The translations under genes were made by a program, and so were the position numbers. The notes below the pieces were generated by a model that was given only the letters and a program-made list of their open reading frames with translations, searched no databases and was not told where the DNA came from. From the IMG/VR virus record IMGVR_UViG_3300032295_003161: DNA of 64,000 nucleotides, one strand, 5' to 3'. Below are positions 19,027 through 28,470 of this stretch, in pieces. Each line of letters starts with the position of its first letter. Within the stretch, counting starts at the first letter, position 1. The DNA is from an uncultured virus (IMG/VR IMGVR_UViG_3300032295_003161). Its lineage: Duplodnaviria > Heunggongvirae > Uroviricota > Caudoviricetes.

Positions 19027-19719
19027 TTATTTTTTTAAATTTGGCATTGTAGGTGGTAGATACATTCCGTAATCTACTTTTGGTCTTGCATTTAACCAAG
19101 TAGAAAATTCGTTTTCTAATTTCAATTCTTTGATTTTAGCTTTTGCCAAATCTACTTCTTTTCGATTATTTTCTTCCCATTCACGAGGTGGTGCAACTCC
19201 ACCTTTCCAACTATTAATTGCTTTATTAAATAAACTTATTTTTTCTTGCTCACTAATAACCGCCACCTTTTGTCTTGGCTCTTGTTTCGGCATATTTTTT
19301 CTATCATACTCTATACTTAACTGATAAGCTAACAAAGGTGCTAAACCACCTACAACCATTCCTAATGTAGTAGATTTTTTCATGTTTTTAGCAACGTATC
19401 TACCTACAACTGCACCTACAATTATATAAGCACCTAATCTCATCGGTCTTTCAAAACTCCAACCTTCTTGCTTTCCAAAAACCTTATCAGTTACGCTATT
19501 ATATCTGGTCATTTGTTCCATCAAAGCTTGTTGTTGAGCTTGTTGTAGAGCTTGTTGTCTTGCTATTTCCAATTGAGCTTGTTGTTGTGCTATTTGCTGA
19601 CTACCTTTATTAGTGTACATACCATTAGGATTTATACCCCCAGTCCAACCTTCTAATTTAGTTAAATCAATAAAACTCTGCTTTGTTTCCGTTATTTGTG
19701 GTTCTACTATATTACTCAT
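19027..19719 (-). CDS. membrane protein, two TM segments, Gln-rich
   Basis: MSNIVEP N-terminus shared with 21600-22238. Confidence 0.75.
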   Translation of the reverse strand: MSNIVEPQITETKQSFIDLTKLEGWTGGINPNGMYTNKGSQQIAQQQAQLEIARQQALQQAQQQALMEQMTRYNSVTDKVFGKQEGWSFERPMRLGAYIIVGAVVGRYVAKNMKKSTTLGMVVGGLAPLLAYQLSIEYDRKNMPKQEPRQKVAVISEQEKISLFNKAINSWKGGVAPPREWEENNRKEVDLAKAKIKELKLENEFSTWLNARPKVDYGMYLPPTMPNLKK

Positions 19720-19731
19720 AACTCTATTTTT

Positions 19732-20520
19732 TTATCTTAATACCATATTTTTTTTCTCAAAGTCCATTACGAACTTCTCAATAATTTTCATTCTGTTTAA
19801 ATTTTGCTGACTATCGCTTTCTTTAAAAACTTCGTAAAAGGCTTGTAAGCCTTCAATTCTTGGATAACCCAAGCCTAAATAAATCAAAAGTCCATTAATG
19901 TCGGCTTCTGATTCATTGTCAATATCATCATTAACATAAAAGTGGCTAAATTCATGGCACAATATGGCGAACCTCATCGGTACGGTATATTTGTCAAAGT
20001 ATTTTTTAGCAACTTGTATTCTTCCTGTTACTCTCGAAATACGAGCAGGTGTTGTCATTTCTTTGCCAGAATTTGAACTAACAATAACTGGTAAATATTC
20101 AATAAGAAACTGACCATTATCAGACTGGTATGTCTTATTAGACGATAAATTAGGAGCATTAAAAGCGAACCTTTGAGCAAAATCAACAAAATTAGCAACC
20201 ACAACATTTTTAATATCGACAACATCTAATCTTTTTTCTAACGGTGTTTTATTTACTTCTAAAATACTTATATTTTTTTCTTGAGCCTTTGGTAAATTAC
20301 CTACTCTTTTATCGTAAACTGAAATTATTACGTTTTCCGAAGTCATTGGCAATCTAACATAAAAAGTTTGTTGACCTCTTACAGTTGCCCATCTATCGGT
20401 AAAAATAATGTTTGGCTTATCTTCAGAAGCTACTTTAACAACAACTTCACATGGTTGTTTTACAGCTACTTTAATAACCAAACACATTTCATCATATCTT
20501 GTATTTAATCTATAATTCAT
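19732..20520 (-). CDS. zincin metallopeptidase (HExxH), candidate maturation protease
   Basis: RFAILCHEFSHF...ESEAD. Confidence 0.7.
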   Translation of the reverse strand: MNYRLNTRYDEMCLVIKVAVKQPCEVVVKVASEDKPNIIFTDRWATVRGQQTFYVRLPMTSENVIISVYDKRVGNLPKAQEKNISILEVNKTPLEKRLDVVDIKNVVVANFVDFAQRFAFNAPNLSSNKTYQSDNGQFLIEYLPVIVSSNSGKEMTTPARISRVTGRIQVAKKYFDKYTVPMRFAILCHEFSHFYVNDDIDNESEADINGLLIYLGLGYPRIEGLQAFYEVFKESDSQQNLNRMKIIEKFVMDFEKKNMVLR

Positions 20521-20834
20521 TATTTACGTTTTTGATATATTTTGTAAGCAATACCGCCCAATATTAACGCAATTGAACCTATGATAACTATTTTATCAAG
20601 TCCAACTTTATTTGGAACTTCATTTGATTTATTCTTTTTTAAAGTTTCTTGAATTATTTTTTGATTATTAGATAATTCCGCATCGCCTTCTATTGAATTA
20701 AATTCAATGAGTTGTTTGTTTGGCAAAAAACGACCCTTATCTTTTTCTCTTTGTAACCAACTTTTAAAACTTAACGTGCTACCACTCTCTCTCCAGATTT
20801 GATTTGCACTTTTTCCTAAATCTATGTTTTCCAT
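20520..20834 (-). CDS. C-anchored membrane protein
   Basis: IVIIGSIALILGGIAYKIY; start MENIDL. Confidence 0.75.
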   Translation of the reverse strand: MENIDLGKSANQIWRESGSTLSFKSWLQREKDKGRFLPNKQLIEFNSIEGDAELSNNQKIIQETLKKNKSNEVPNKVGLDKIVIIGSIALILGGIAYKIYQKRK

Positions 20835-20838
20835 TTTA

Positions 20839-20964
20839 TTATTTTGTTTCTTGTTCAAATTCTTTTGCAACCTCTTGTCTTGGCTTATAAAAACCCAAGT
20901 ATAGGTAAACTAATCCACCTATACTTAAACTGGTTAATATAATGCCTATATACCCTTTTTTCAT
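20839..20964 (-). CDS. small membrane protein (41 aa, not in ORF track)
   Basis: MKKGYIGIILTSLSIGGLVYLYLGFYKPRQEVAKEFEQETK. Confidence 0.65.
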   Translation of the reverse strand: MKKGYIGIILTSLSIGGLVYLYLGFYKPRQEVAKEFEQETK

Positions 20965-21278
20965 TAGTAAGCTTTTTTAGGTCTTTTTGATGTTATGCAA
21001 GCATCTCCATTTGCACAACTACCATATTGAGCGAAATAAGTTGTTCCATTTGGTCTTTCACAAACTTTACAACCATAAGCACCACCACTTGCATTTGCGT
21101 AACCACTCATTTTTGAATAACCACTCATTGCTGAATAAGTTTCAGAAGTTGGAGTTCCTTGTGGTTTTACTTCACTCGAACAACTACAACTTGCTTTTTT
21201 TTTGTTCTTATCCCACATATAAATTCCAACAACCGCTAACGCTAATAATCCTCCGTATAATAATTTTTTATTTTTCAT
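20964..21278 (-). CDS. N-anchored Cys-rich membrane protein
   Basis: TM; YSAMSG-YSKMSG-YANASG repeats; Cys-rich tail. Confidence 0.75.
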   Translation of the reverse strand: MKNKKLLYGGLLALAVVGIYMWDKNKKKASCSCSSEVKPQGTPTSETYSAMSGYSKMSGYANASGGAYGCKVCERPNGTTYFAQYGSCANGDACITSKRPKKAY

Positions 21279-21284
21279 AACTAA

Positions 21285-21443
21285 TTATTTTTGTGATTTT
21301 TTCCATGCTCTACCAACAACCCAAACAGTTGCGAATAAAACAGCAACGCTAACACCAATACCAACTACTTTTTTCAAATAGTCATCTTTTTTTTCTCCAG
21401 CGAAACCTCCGTTTGAAGGATTTACATTATTTGCTACTTCCAT
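21285..21443 (-). CDS. small membrane protein (52 aa, not in ORF track)
   Basis: ...VVGIGVSVAVLFATVWVVGRAWKKSQK. Confidence 0.7.
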   Translation of the reverse strand: MEVANNVNPSNGGFAGEKKDDYLKKVVGIGVSVAVLFATVWVVGRAWKKSQK

Positions 21444-21465
21444 CTTTATTTTTTTTTAATAATTA

Positions 21466-21576
21466 TTACTCTTGTGATTTTTTCCAACCTTTACCTACAA
21501 CATAGGCATATCCGTAAACGACTGCTAAAGATAATGCAAGTCCTACAATTCCCATAACTAAATTTGGTTTTTTCAT
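21466..21576 (-). CDS. small membrane protein (36 aa, not in ORF track), paralog of 21285-21443
   Basis: MKKPNLVMGIVGLALSLAVVYGYAYVVGKGWKKSQE. Confidence 0.7.
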   Translation of the reverse strand: MKKPNLVMGIVGLALSLAVVYGYAYVVGKGWKKSQE

Positions 21577-21599
21577 TTTTTTTGATTTTAATGTTAAAC

Positions 21600-22238
21600 T
21601 TATTTTTTTACTAACTTGTAAACTAAATACCCACCAACTAATAATAAAGCAATTTTAACTAAATTTGAATTGTCTTTTGGTGTTGAACTTGAAGAAACTG
21701 ATTTGTCTAATAATTCGTATTCGCCTTTTGATAATTGAGGTAATAACATTATGCTGTCAGTTGAACTAAAAATATTTGTAACAGGATTAATATAACCTTT
21801 TACAATTTGTCCTTTTTTTACTTTTCTACATGGATTGTATTCCATTGTTTGAATCAAAGAGCCGTCAGTTTTACATTTACCCATTTCTTTGTCAATTAAA
21901 GACTTTACAGTTACATATTCTATTTTTTTTAATTTACCTTCTTTTAATGCTTTTTCATATTGTTCTTTATGAACAGTTATTGGTAAAAAAACAATAGAGT
22001 TTTTTGTAACAGGCAATTCTTGAATACCAGAAGAACCCATTCTGTTTTCCCATTTATTTTGAATAATAAATTCTTCTAAAACTAAATATGGGAATCTTTC
22101 TTCTTCTTTAAGTTCTTCTTTAATTTGTACCGATGGTATGAATTTAATTGGCTCAATTTTAGCTGGCAAATCATTAAACTTATCAAAAAGAGATGTAGAT
22201 TCTGTTTTTGTTATATATGGCTCTACTATATTACTCAT
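21600..22238 (-). CDS. C-anchored membrane protein
   Basis: LVKIALLLVGGYLVYKLVKK. Confidence 0.75.
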   Translation of the reverse strand: MSNIVEPYITKTESTSLFDKFNDLPAKIEPIKFIPSVQIKEELKEEERFPYLVLEEFIIQNKWENRMGSSGIQELPVTKNSIVFLPITVHKEQYEKALKEGKLKKIEYVTVKSLIDKEMGKCKTDGSLIQTMEYNPCRKVKKGQIVKGYINPVTNIFSSTDSIMLLPQLSKGEYELLDKSVSSSSTPKDNSNLVKIALLLVGGYLVYKLVKK

Positions 22239-22244
22239 AAATAA

Positions 22245-22460
22245 TTATTTTTTATTAACAATCATAGCGGTTGAAACACCACCTACGATAGCACCAGTAA
22301 GTCCTGATGCGTAAATATTATACTTTTTGTAGTAACCAATCATAAGACCAATAACAAGACCAGTAACAGCACCATTTATAGATGCTTTTGAAGTGTGCAT
22401 AAACAACTCTCGTTTGTCTTTGTCCACTATTGTTTTAGCTTCTTCTAAATAATTCTGCAT
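22245..22460 (-). CDS. two-TM glycine-zipper membrane protein
   Basis: GAVTGLVIGLMIG and GLTGAIVGG. Confidence 0.75.
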   Translation of the reverse strand: MQNYLEEAKTIVDKDKRELFMHTSKASINGAVTGLVIGLMIGYYKKYNIYASGLTGAIVGGVSTAMIVNKK

Positions 22461-22464
22461 ATTA

Positions 22465-22986
22465 CTATTTTTTTACTGCTAAAAATACCACCAAACCTAA
22501 AATAACCGCACCTCCAACACCAAGACCAATATAAAGACCAGTATTGCTTTTAGTTGGAACGCCTTGATTTTTCAAAGCTTCTAATTCAGCTAATTTTGTT
22601 TGTTGATTAATTTTTGCTATTTCTAATTGTGCTTTAGCAGATTGTGATTGAGCATTTGCTTGAGCTCTAATAGCATCTTGTTGTTGTTTACCACCAATTA
22701 ATCCTAAAGCTCCAGTAATAATACCAGCACCTCCTGTTATCCAAGAATCCGCTATTCCCAAATAATCATTTAATAACGCATTTTCATTATTTACAACAAA
22801 CTTTTCAAAATCCACTATAAAAGATTGTGAAGTAGAAAGTCCGCTAATAACAGCATCTATTAATTGTTGAGAATTATAATTTTCAGCATCAATAGTTACT
22901 CCGTTTCTGTTAAGCATTGAAATAACTTCATTGCGATTAAAAACTACTGAATTTCCTATTATTTTTGATAATTTATTAGCATCCAT
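22465..22986 (-). CDS. C-anchored membrane protein (paralog of 22988-23575)
   Basis: LNRNGV motif and GLYIGLGVGG anchor shared; start MDANK. Confidence 0.75.
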   Translation of the reverse strand: MDANKLSKIIGNSVVFNRNEVISMLNRNGVTIDAENYNSQQLIDAVISGLSTSQSFIVDFEKFVVNNENALLNDYLGIADSWITGGAGIITGALGLIGGKQQQDAIRAQANAQSQSAKAQLEIAKINQQTKLAELEALKNQGVPTKSNTGLYIGLGVGGAVILGLVVFLAVKK

Positions 22987-22987
22987 A

Positions 22988-23575
22988 TTATTTCTTTTTT
23001 GCAATTAAATATACTAAAGCACCTACTAAAGCTAAACCACCTACTCCTAAACCAATGTATAAACCTACATTGCTTTTTTCATCGTCTTTTACTTTACCGC
23101 CTGATTCATTTAATTTAACTTCATTATCAGAAATTTTACCACCAGTTTCGGCTTCAACTTTTCTAACATCTAATGCTTTGCTTTCTAAATACTTATTTCC
23201 TATTGTAAAAAGTTTGTCAACAATACCACCAACAGTAGTATCTGCGAAGTCTTTTTTAGGCTTATCAGTTGTAGTCGTTTTAGAATCTCCACCTGTGCCA
23301 AAAATAGTATCGGTAGTAGGTCGCCAAACATTAGCAAAAGGTCCGTCAACATTAGTAAAAGAACCATCGCTGTTCCCCATTAAAACACCCATCAATAAGA
23401 TAGTTTCTTTTTTGAACGATTCTGATTTTTGCATAGCTTTCAAAATCATATTCGTTAAGTCTTCATTAGAAGTATTAGTATTAACTAATACACCATTTCT
23501 TCTTAACAAACCTAAAAACTTATCTTTATTTTTTCTTACTAAATCAAGTAAGATTAAACCGAAATTGTTTTCCAT
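22988..23575 (-). CDS. C-anchored membrane protein
   Basis: LRRNGV; FTNVDG; SNVGLYIGLGVGGLALVGALVYLIAKKK. Confidence 0.75.
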   Translation of the reverse strand: MENNFGLILLDLVRKNKDKFLGLLRRNGVLVNTNTSNEDLTNMILKAMQKSESFKKETILLMGVLMGNSDGSFTNVDGPFANVWRPTTDTIFGTGGDSKTTTTDKPKKDFADTTVGGIVDKLFTIGNKYLESKALDVRKVEAETGGKISDNEVKLNESGGKVKDDEKSNVGLYIGLGVGGLALVGALVYLIAKKK

Positions 23576-23581
23576 TTTATT

Positions 23582-23965
23582 TTATTTTTTAATCATTAAT
23601 GCTGTAAAAATAAACAAAGCAGACACTAAAATCATAGCGTTTGTTTGTTGAGCAATCATATTTGAACTTGAATTATCTTTTTCTTTAGAAACTTCTAATC
23701 CACTTGCGTTAAGAAATCCTTCTTGTCTTTTACTTCCGCAACCACAACCACAACTTGAAGTTTTAGTATCGGTAGAAAACATTTCTAAAATTATTTCTTT
23801 ATCTGGGTGGTTTTCCATTACTTTTTTCAAAGCAGGTTCTCCTACTTTAGCAACTACTTGAGATAATCCCATATCTGGCGTATTAGCGTGTTCATAACCA
23901 AATGATTCAATTATACCTTGAGCCACAATAGGATTATTTTCCGCTATATATTTATATACATCCAT
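23582..23965 (-). CDS. C-anchored membrane protein with CGCGCG motif
   Basis: HPDKE, CGCGCG, FLNASG, C-terminal TM. Confidence 0.75.
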   Translation of the reverse strand: MDVYKYIAENNPIVAQGIIESFGYEHANTPDMGLSQVVAKVGEPALKKVMENHPDKEIILEMFSTDTKTSSCGCGCGSKRQEGFLNASGLEVSKEKDNSSSNMIAQQTNAMILVSALFIFTALMIKK

Positions 23966-23981
23966 CTTTTTTTGTTTTTAA

Positions 23982-24019
23982 GAAAAAAAGGGCAAGACGA
24001 ATTAATCAATCTTACCCTT
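23982..24019 (-). terminator. intrinsic terminator after putative capsid gene
   Basis: - strand AAGGGTAAGA...TCTTGCCCTT followed by T run. Confidence 0.7.
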
Positions 24020-24062
24020 ATTATCAATTATACATTAATTCGTTGTTTAAAACACCAATAAA

Positions 24063-24767
24063 TTAAGCTTTTAATTTAATAGTTTGTCCATTAACAACAT
24101 TTGGATTACCAAATTGTTTTGCAACAGCGTTTCCACCTAATGCACGAGATAAGTTAATGTTATCAGCAGGATAGAAGTATAATTTAACAGTTGCGTTAGC
24201 AAGTACTTGACGAATGATAAGTTTCGTGAAACCATCAATTCTGTAAGCATACTTCATTGCGATAATATTAGTTTGTTGCTGATATGGGTCAATTGTTGGC
24301 ACTAATGTTTTTTGTGCTAAATTACCATTTGCATCTTTAGTGTTAACCGAAATAGTTTCTAAAACTTGGTTAGCAGTTGCAGATTGAATGTAAGTTAAAC
24401 CAACTGAATATGGTTGATTCATAAATTGGTACAACATTTCACGATAATTAATATCAGAAATTCCAGAAGAAATTGTAATTGAACCAATTACTAAATCTCC
24501 ACCAGTTGTGAAACCAGCATTGTTGATGTATTGGTATGAACCTAATACTTCAAAATTTGATACAGCTGAACCTGATGTAGATGTAATATCTACAATATAA
24601 GGTTGAGAAGTTGGAGCAGAACCTCCGCCCATCATATCTCCACCAGCGTTTCTGAAGAAATCATCTCCAGTAAATGATAAATCATCATCGATAAAACCAT
24701 CTGCATTTGCAAAGCTTTCCATTGCATTTCTTTGAGCAGAAGCTAAATATTTTCTTACGTTTGACAT
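24063..24767 (-). CDS. putative major capsid protein (beta-rich, possibly single jelly-roll)
   Basis: Beta-strand-rich core, acidic Gly-rich N-terminus, own promoter and terminator, three paralogs, near packaging ATPase; fold inferred. Confidence 0.6.
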   Translation of the reverse strand: MSNVRKYLASAQRNAMESFANADGFIDDDLSFTGDDFFRNAGGDMMGGGSAPTSQPYIVDITSTSGSAVSNFEVLGSYQYINNAGFTTGGDLVIGSITISSGISDINYREMLYQFMNQPYSVGLTYIQSATANQVLETISVNTKDANGNLAQKTLVPTIDPYQQQTNIIAMKYAYRIDGFTKLIIRQVLANATVKLYFYPADNINLSRALGGNAVAKQFGNPNVVNGQTIKLKA

Positions 24768-24812
24768 AATACTTTAATTTTTATAATTTTTTAAATAATT
24801 TTTTGAACTTGA

Positions 24813-24941
24813 TTAAGCTCCCATTTCTTGTGGTACAGAAATTTTAGTTGACATATACTTTTTTTCAATAGCATTAGCAATTAAAACCCCAGCAACTACA
24901 ACAGCAACACCTTTCAATAATGATACTAATTCTTTTTGCAT
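24813..24941 (-). CDS. small membrane protein co-transcribed with capsid gene (42 aa, not in ORF track)
   Basis: MQKELVSLLKGVAVVVAGVLIANAIEKKYMSTKISVPQEMGA. Confidence 0.7.
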   Translation of the reverse strand: MQKELVSLLKGVAVVVAGVLIANAIEKKYMSTKISVPQEMGA

Positions 24942-25004
24942 TTCAGAATGTTTTTTAATTAAACTTATTTTTTATGATAATTGTTTTCAGAAACAATAAC
25001 AATT

Positions 25005-25012
25005 CAAAGATA
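25005..25012 (-). promoter_or_regulatory. Bacteroidetes -7 element for capsid operon
   Basis: TATCTTTG on - strand in intergenic gap. Confidence 0.55.
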
Positions 25013-25078
25013 TAATACAAAAAAAAAAGTTCGTAATAAAACGAACTTAATAATGAAAACCAAAATATTTTAAATAGT

Positions 25079-25483
25079 TTACTTTAATATCAAAAACCCA
25101 GAAACCCCTATTGTTACTAATGTTATAGTCTTCCATAAAAACAAATTACCCTTGTATTTTGATATTTGTTTTTTTGCAGTTGATAAGTTTTCTTCGCTGA
25201 TTTTTAGCAAATTATCTTTGCCTTCGACAATTTTGTCAAGGTTGTTAATATGCTTTTTATTGCCAGTAATGATACTATCTTTTAAAGAAACCTTTTTCTC
25301 CAACAATAAAACATTGTTTTTTGTTATTTTCAGTTCCTCTTTGCACTCATCTCCTTTGATTAAATCAATAGCTATCTTTTTAGCAATCGAAGTATCTATT
25401 ACTACCTTATTTTTTGTATCGGTCTGCGAAAAACTTTTCCCACATACGAGCATCATAAGACTTAAAATCATTAATTTTTTCAT
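25079..25483 (-). CDS. spanin-like/lysis accessory protein
   Basis: Signal peptide, coiled coil, C-terminal TM; overlaps 25407-25775; in lysis cluster. Confidence 0.55.
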   Translation of the reverse strand: MKKLMILSLMMLVCGKSFSQTDTKNKVVIDTSIAKKIAIDLIKGDECKEELKITKNNVLLLEKKVSLKDSIITGNKKHINNLDKIVEGKDNLLKISEENLSTAKKQISKYKGNLFLWKTITLVTIGVSGFLILK

Positions 25484-25775
25484 TGTATTTATTTTTTAAA
25501 ATGTCGATATTTTTGTTATTTCTCGAAATATTGCTATCTATTTTAACAATATCCTTTTCGTACTCTTTTATTTTTTCTAATATCAATTTATTCTCGGATT
25601 GATATTTTTTTATATCTGACTGAATTTTAACAACCTCATTTTTCAAATAATCGCTATTTTGAAATGTTTGATTAACAAACATTAGCTGAACGATATTGCA
25701 TATTATTAAAAAAATTGTAAATAACAATATCAAAATAATATACCCTTTTTTAGTGTCTTTCTCAAAGTTTAACAT
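25407..25775 (-). CDS. spanin-like coiled-coil membrane protein
   Basis: N-terminal TM plus coiled coil downstream of endolysin. Confidence 0.55.
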   Translation of the reverse strand: MLNFEKDTKKGYIILILLFTIFLIICNIVQLMFVNQTFQNSDYLKNEVVKIQSDIKKYQSENKLILEKIKEYEKDIVKIDSNISRNNKNIDILKNKYNEKINDFKSYDARMWEKFFADRYKK

Positions 25776-25795
25776 AAGTGTAAGTTTTTTTTATA

Positions 25796-26224
25796 TTATA
25801 TTTCATGTTGGTAAGCATCTTTGCCATACATTTCAATAGCTTTTAAATTGTATGCTTTTTTAGCTTCAAAAATGGTTTTAAAAGAACCTAATTTTAAGGT
25901 TTTATTTTCATTACTTATACAAGCTCTATATCTTTTACCATATTTATCATAATAGATGCCCCTTCCTAACTTATTTTTAACATTTTTATTATAGTTATTT
26001 AATTTAGCAGATACAAATCTTAAATTTTCACGCCTATTGTCTTTTTTATTTCTATTTATATGGTCAACTATTTGACCTTTTTTAGCTTTTAAAATATATC
26101 TGTGTATAAGATTTGTGCCTTCTTTGCCTAAATAAACCCTATAATAACCTGAAGTTTTATCAAAATATATTTTTTTTTCTTTTAAAAGATAAATATCTTC
26201 TTCTGAAAGTAATAAATTTTCCAT
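25796..26224 (-). CDS. HNH endonuclease with AP2-like domain
   Basis: VDHINRNKKDNRRENLR; YRACI...LGSFKT..EAKKAY; start MENLLL. Confidence 0.9.
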   Translation of the reverse strand: MENLLLSEEDIYLLKEKKIYFDKTSGYYRVYLGKEGTNLIHRYILKAKKGQIVDHINRNKKDNRRENLRFVSAKLNNYNKNVKNKLGRGIYYDKYGKRYRACISNENKTLKLGSFKTIFEAKKAYNLKAIEMYGKDAYQHEI

Positions 26225-26229
26225 TTTTA

Positions 26230-26703
26230 TTAATCTTTTATCTGAAAGTGCATCCAATCATAATTTCTTTCCCTACCTAAAGATATAAAACCATGCTTGT
26301 AAAATATATCAATCATTGGTTTGTATTCAAGTCTTGCAAATCTTGCTGTTCTTGATGTTTCTCTTAATTTATTTCTTTCTGGGTCTAAATCAACAGAAAT
26401 TCCCCAAGCATGAGTACTCCAATCAGAACCATTTCTCATAGCTCTAAAATTAAAACACCCACCAAACAAATCAATTCCTAATTCAACTAATTTATCGTAT
26501 CCATAATAATCTAACAAATCATTAAAAACAGCTAAAAATTTATCAGCCACAAGTTTATGACAACGCATTGTGTTTATTTTAGTGTTTTTATCCCAAGCTA
26601 AACGCATAGGGTATGGAAGCTTTATAGATACTAAATACGAGCCGTTTTGATTTGGCTTTCCATATTTTTTTATTATTTCTTTTGTATTAATTATTTTGTC
26701 CAT
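26230..26703 (-). CDS. endolysin, M15-family peptidase
   Basis: FNFRAMR...STHAWGISVDLD...DWMHFQ. Confidence 0.9.
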   Translation of the reverse strand: MDKIINTKEIIKKYGKPNQNGSYLVSIKLPYPMRLAWDKNTKINTMRCHKLVADKFLAVFNDLLDYYGYDKLVELGIDLFGGCFNFRAMRNGSDWSTHAWGISVDLDPERNKLRETSRTARFARLEYKPMIDIFYKHGFISLGRERNYDWMHFQIKD

Positions 26704-26923
26704 TTTTTACTTTATAAAGTTCTTTTACAATTTCAGTAAATCCTTGAATAGCTACATAACCAGTAGCTACTATTGTCCAATTATCGCCATCTAATTTGCC
26801 ATCAAATAACCCAACCGAAGCAATGATTAAAACCATTAGCTTTCTGGAAATCCAATTGTTTAAAAATTTATCAATTCTTTGCCCTGCGGATTTCCTTATG
26901 TTTTCTATTCTTTGTTTTGTCAT
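26687..26923 (-). CDS. putative holin
   Basis: SRKL followed by two hydrophobic segments, directly upstream of endolysin. Confidence 0.65.
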   Translation of the reverse strand: MTKQRIENIRKSAGQRIDKFLNNWISRKLMVLIIASVGLFDGKLDGDNWTIVATGYVAIQGFTEIVKELYKVKNGQNN

Positions 26924-27738
26924 AAGTAATATTTTAAAATTCTATCCTTGTGAAATTTAACCGCATCAGCTGGAGTAAATTTCTTTTTACCACCTTGCAA
27001 TTCTTTTTGTTGAAGCATTGGTGTAATTAGCTTTCTATAATTGTGAGAAATGTACTCATCAATAATAGGGTCTAATTTTTTTATATCTGCTCCTTTTATT
27101 TTTTCATCATCAATATCTACATAAACATAAACCCTTTGATTATCGTATTCGTGATATTCTTTATTTGTGTAAAGTTCAACGATTTTAAACATTTCGTATT
27201 TATCTTCAAACTTATTTCTATGCTTATCTACTGAATCGGTATTTTTGTGAAAACGCATCCAGTTTAAATTCTGCCAAATCTTTGGAGAAACACGCCCAAT
27301 AGATTGAAAGTGTAATATAATGTCCGTATCAGTATGCCTATTTGTTACAATAGCACCAACAAGGTCATTTGGCAAGTAATCCGATATGTAACGATTAATA
27401 TCTTCAATAAGCAAAAGTCCATTTCTAAAATCAAACAAAATCTTAAATAGCGTTTCTTGAACATCATTAATTGTCATTCGAGTTCCGTTATCGTGAAAAG
27501 GTCTAATTCTTCTAATTTCTATTTTAGGGTGCATTGAAAATCTTTTCACATCTGAAATACGCAAAGCTTTAATATCTTCATACTCATCATTAACATCAAG
27601 TATAAGTACCCTTCTTGGTCTTGTTCCTTTAGTTGGATTGCCTTGAACATAACTTTGAAGCATTTGCTTGGTCGTAAAAGTTTTTCCACAACCTTTACGA
27701 CCAACAGCAACGCCTAATTTTGGTTCTCTTTCTTCCAT
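26920..27738 (-). CDS. genome packaging ATPase, A32/FtsK-HerA type
   Basis: Walker A GRKGCGKT, Walker B LLLIED, RHxxxxxxxxxQ motif (NRHTDTDIILHFQ); no nuclease domain. Confidence 0.8.
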   Translation of the reverse strand: MEEREPKLGVAVGRKGCGKTFTTKQMLQSYVQGNPTKGTRPRRVLILDVNDEYEDIKALRISDVKRFSMHPKIEIRRIRPFHDNGTRMTINDVQETLFKILFDFRNGLLLIEDINRYISDYLPNDLVGAIVTNRHTDTDIILHFQSIGRVSPKIWQNLNWMRFHKNTDSVDKHRNKFEDKYEMFKIVELYTNKEYHEYDNQRVYVYVDIDDEKIKGADIKKLDPIIDEYISHNYRKLITPMLQQKELQGGKKKFTPADAVKFHKDRILKYYL

Positions 27739-27739
27739 A

Positions 27740-28429
27740 TTATTTTTTTAACCATTCAACAAATTTTTGAAATTTTGTTTTTTTGGATTGAAATTCTATT
27801 TTTTTAATCCCAGTTGTTGGATTTGGGTAAAAATATATGCTAAATGTTGTTTTTGGCAATATTTCAGAATAAATTATATCGGTAAACATATCAATTCCAT
27901 AATTGTATTTTACAACTACAATATTAGTTTGTTGTTGATATGGGTCAATTGTTGGCACTAATGTTTTTTGTGCTAAATTACCATTTTCATCTTTTGTTAT
28001 TATTTCAAATGTTTTTATCGATTGTTCTTGATTACCAAAAGCAACTACATAAGTTAAACCAACTTGAAATGGCTGTACCATAAATTGAAATAAAATATCT
28101 TTATAAGAAATATTATGTATGCCAGACCTAATACTTATATAGCCTTTATTTTTTTTAATAAAAATATTCCCTACATTATCTAAATACTTACTATTTTGAT
28201 ATTCTGAAAAACTTAATATTTTAAAATCTTTTATGGTTTCACTTGTATTATTAGATATGGTTAAAATATAAGGTTCAAGTGTTGTTGGGTCTATTTCTTC
28301 TTCTTCAACTCCTTTTTTATATTTTTTAGATACAAAAAATAATATAAACAACTTTAATTGTCTTAAAACACTATTTAAAAAGTTTGACAGTAAACTTTTT
28401 TCTCTGATTGATAATTTATTTTTTTTCAT
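27740..28429 (-). CDS. capsid-protein paralog
   Basis: NGNLAQKTLVPTIDPYQQQTNI identical to 24063-24767; VGLTY, YFYP conserved. Confidence 0.75.
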   Translation of the reverse strand: MKKNKLSIREKSLLSNFLNSVLRQLKLFILFFVSKKYKKGVEEEEIDPTTLEPYILTISNNTSETIKDFKILSFSEYQNSKYLDNVGNIFIKKNKGYISIRSGIHNISYKDILFQFMVQPFQVGLTYVVAFGNQEQSIKTFEIITKDENGNLAQKTLVPTIDPYQQQTNIVVVKYNYGIDMFTDIIYSEILPKTTFSIYFYPNPTTGIKKIEFQSKKTKFQKFVEWLKK

Positions 28430-28470
28430 TTTTTTTAAATTTTAGTATTATTACTTTCTTGGTTCATTTT

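Noticed and set aside
25796..26703. Group I intron in the endolysin carrying the HNH
   Set aside because: The M15 domain is complete up to its final His motif and no downstream exon is evident; the HNH looks free-standing.
26920..27738. Terminase large subunit
   Set aside because: Only 272 aa, no nuclease domain, and motifs fit FtsK-HerA/A32 ATPases.
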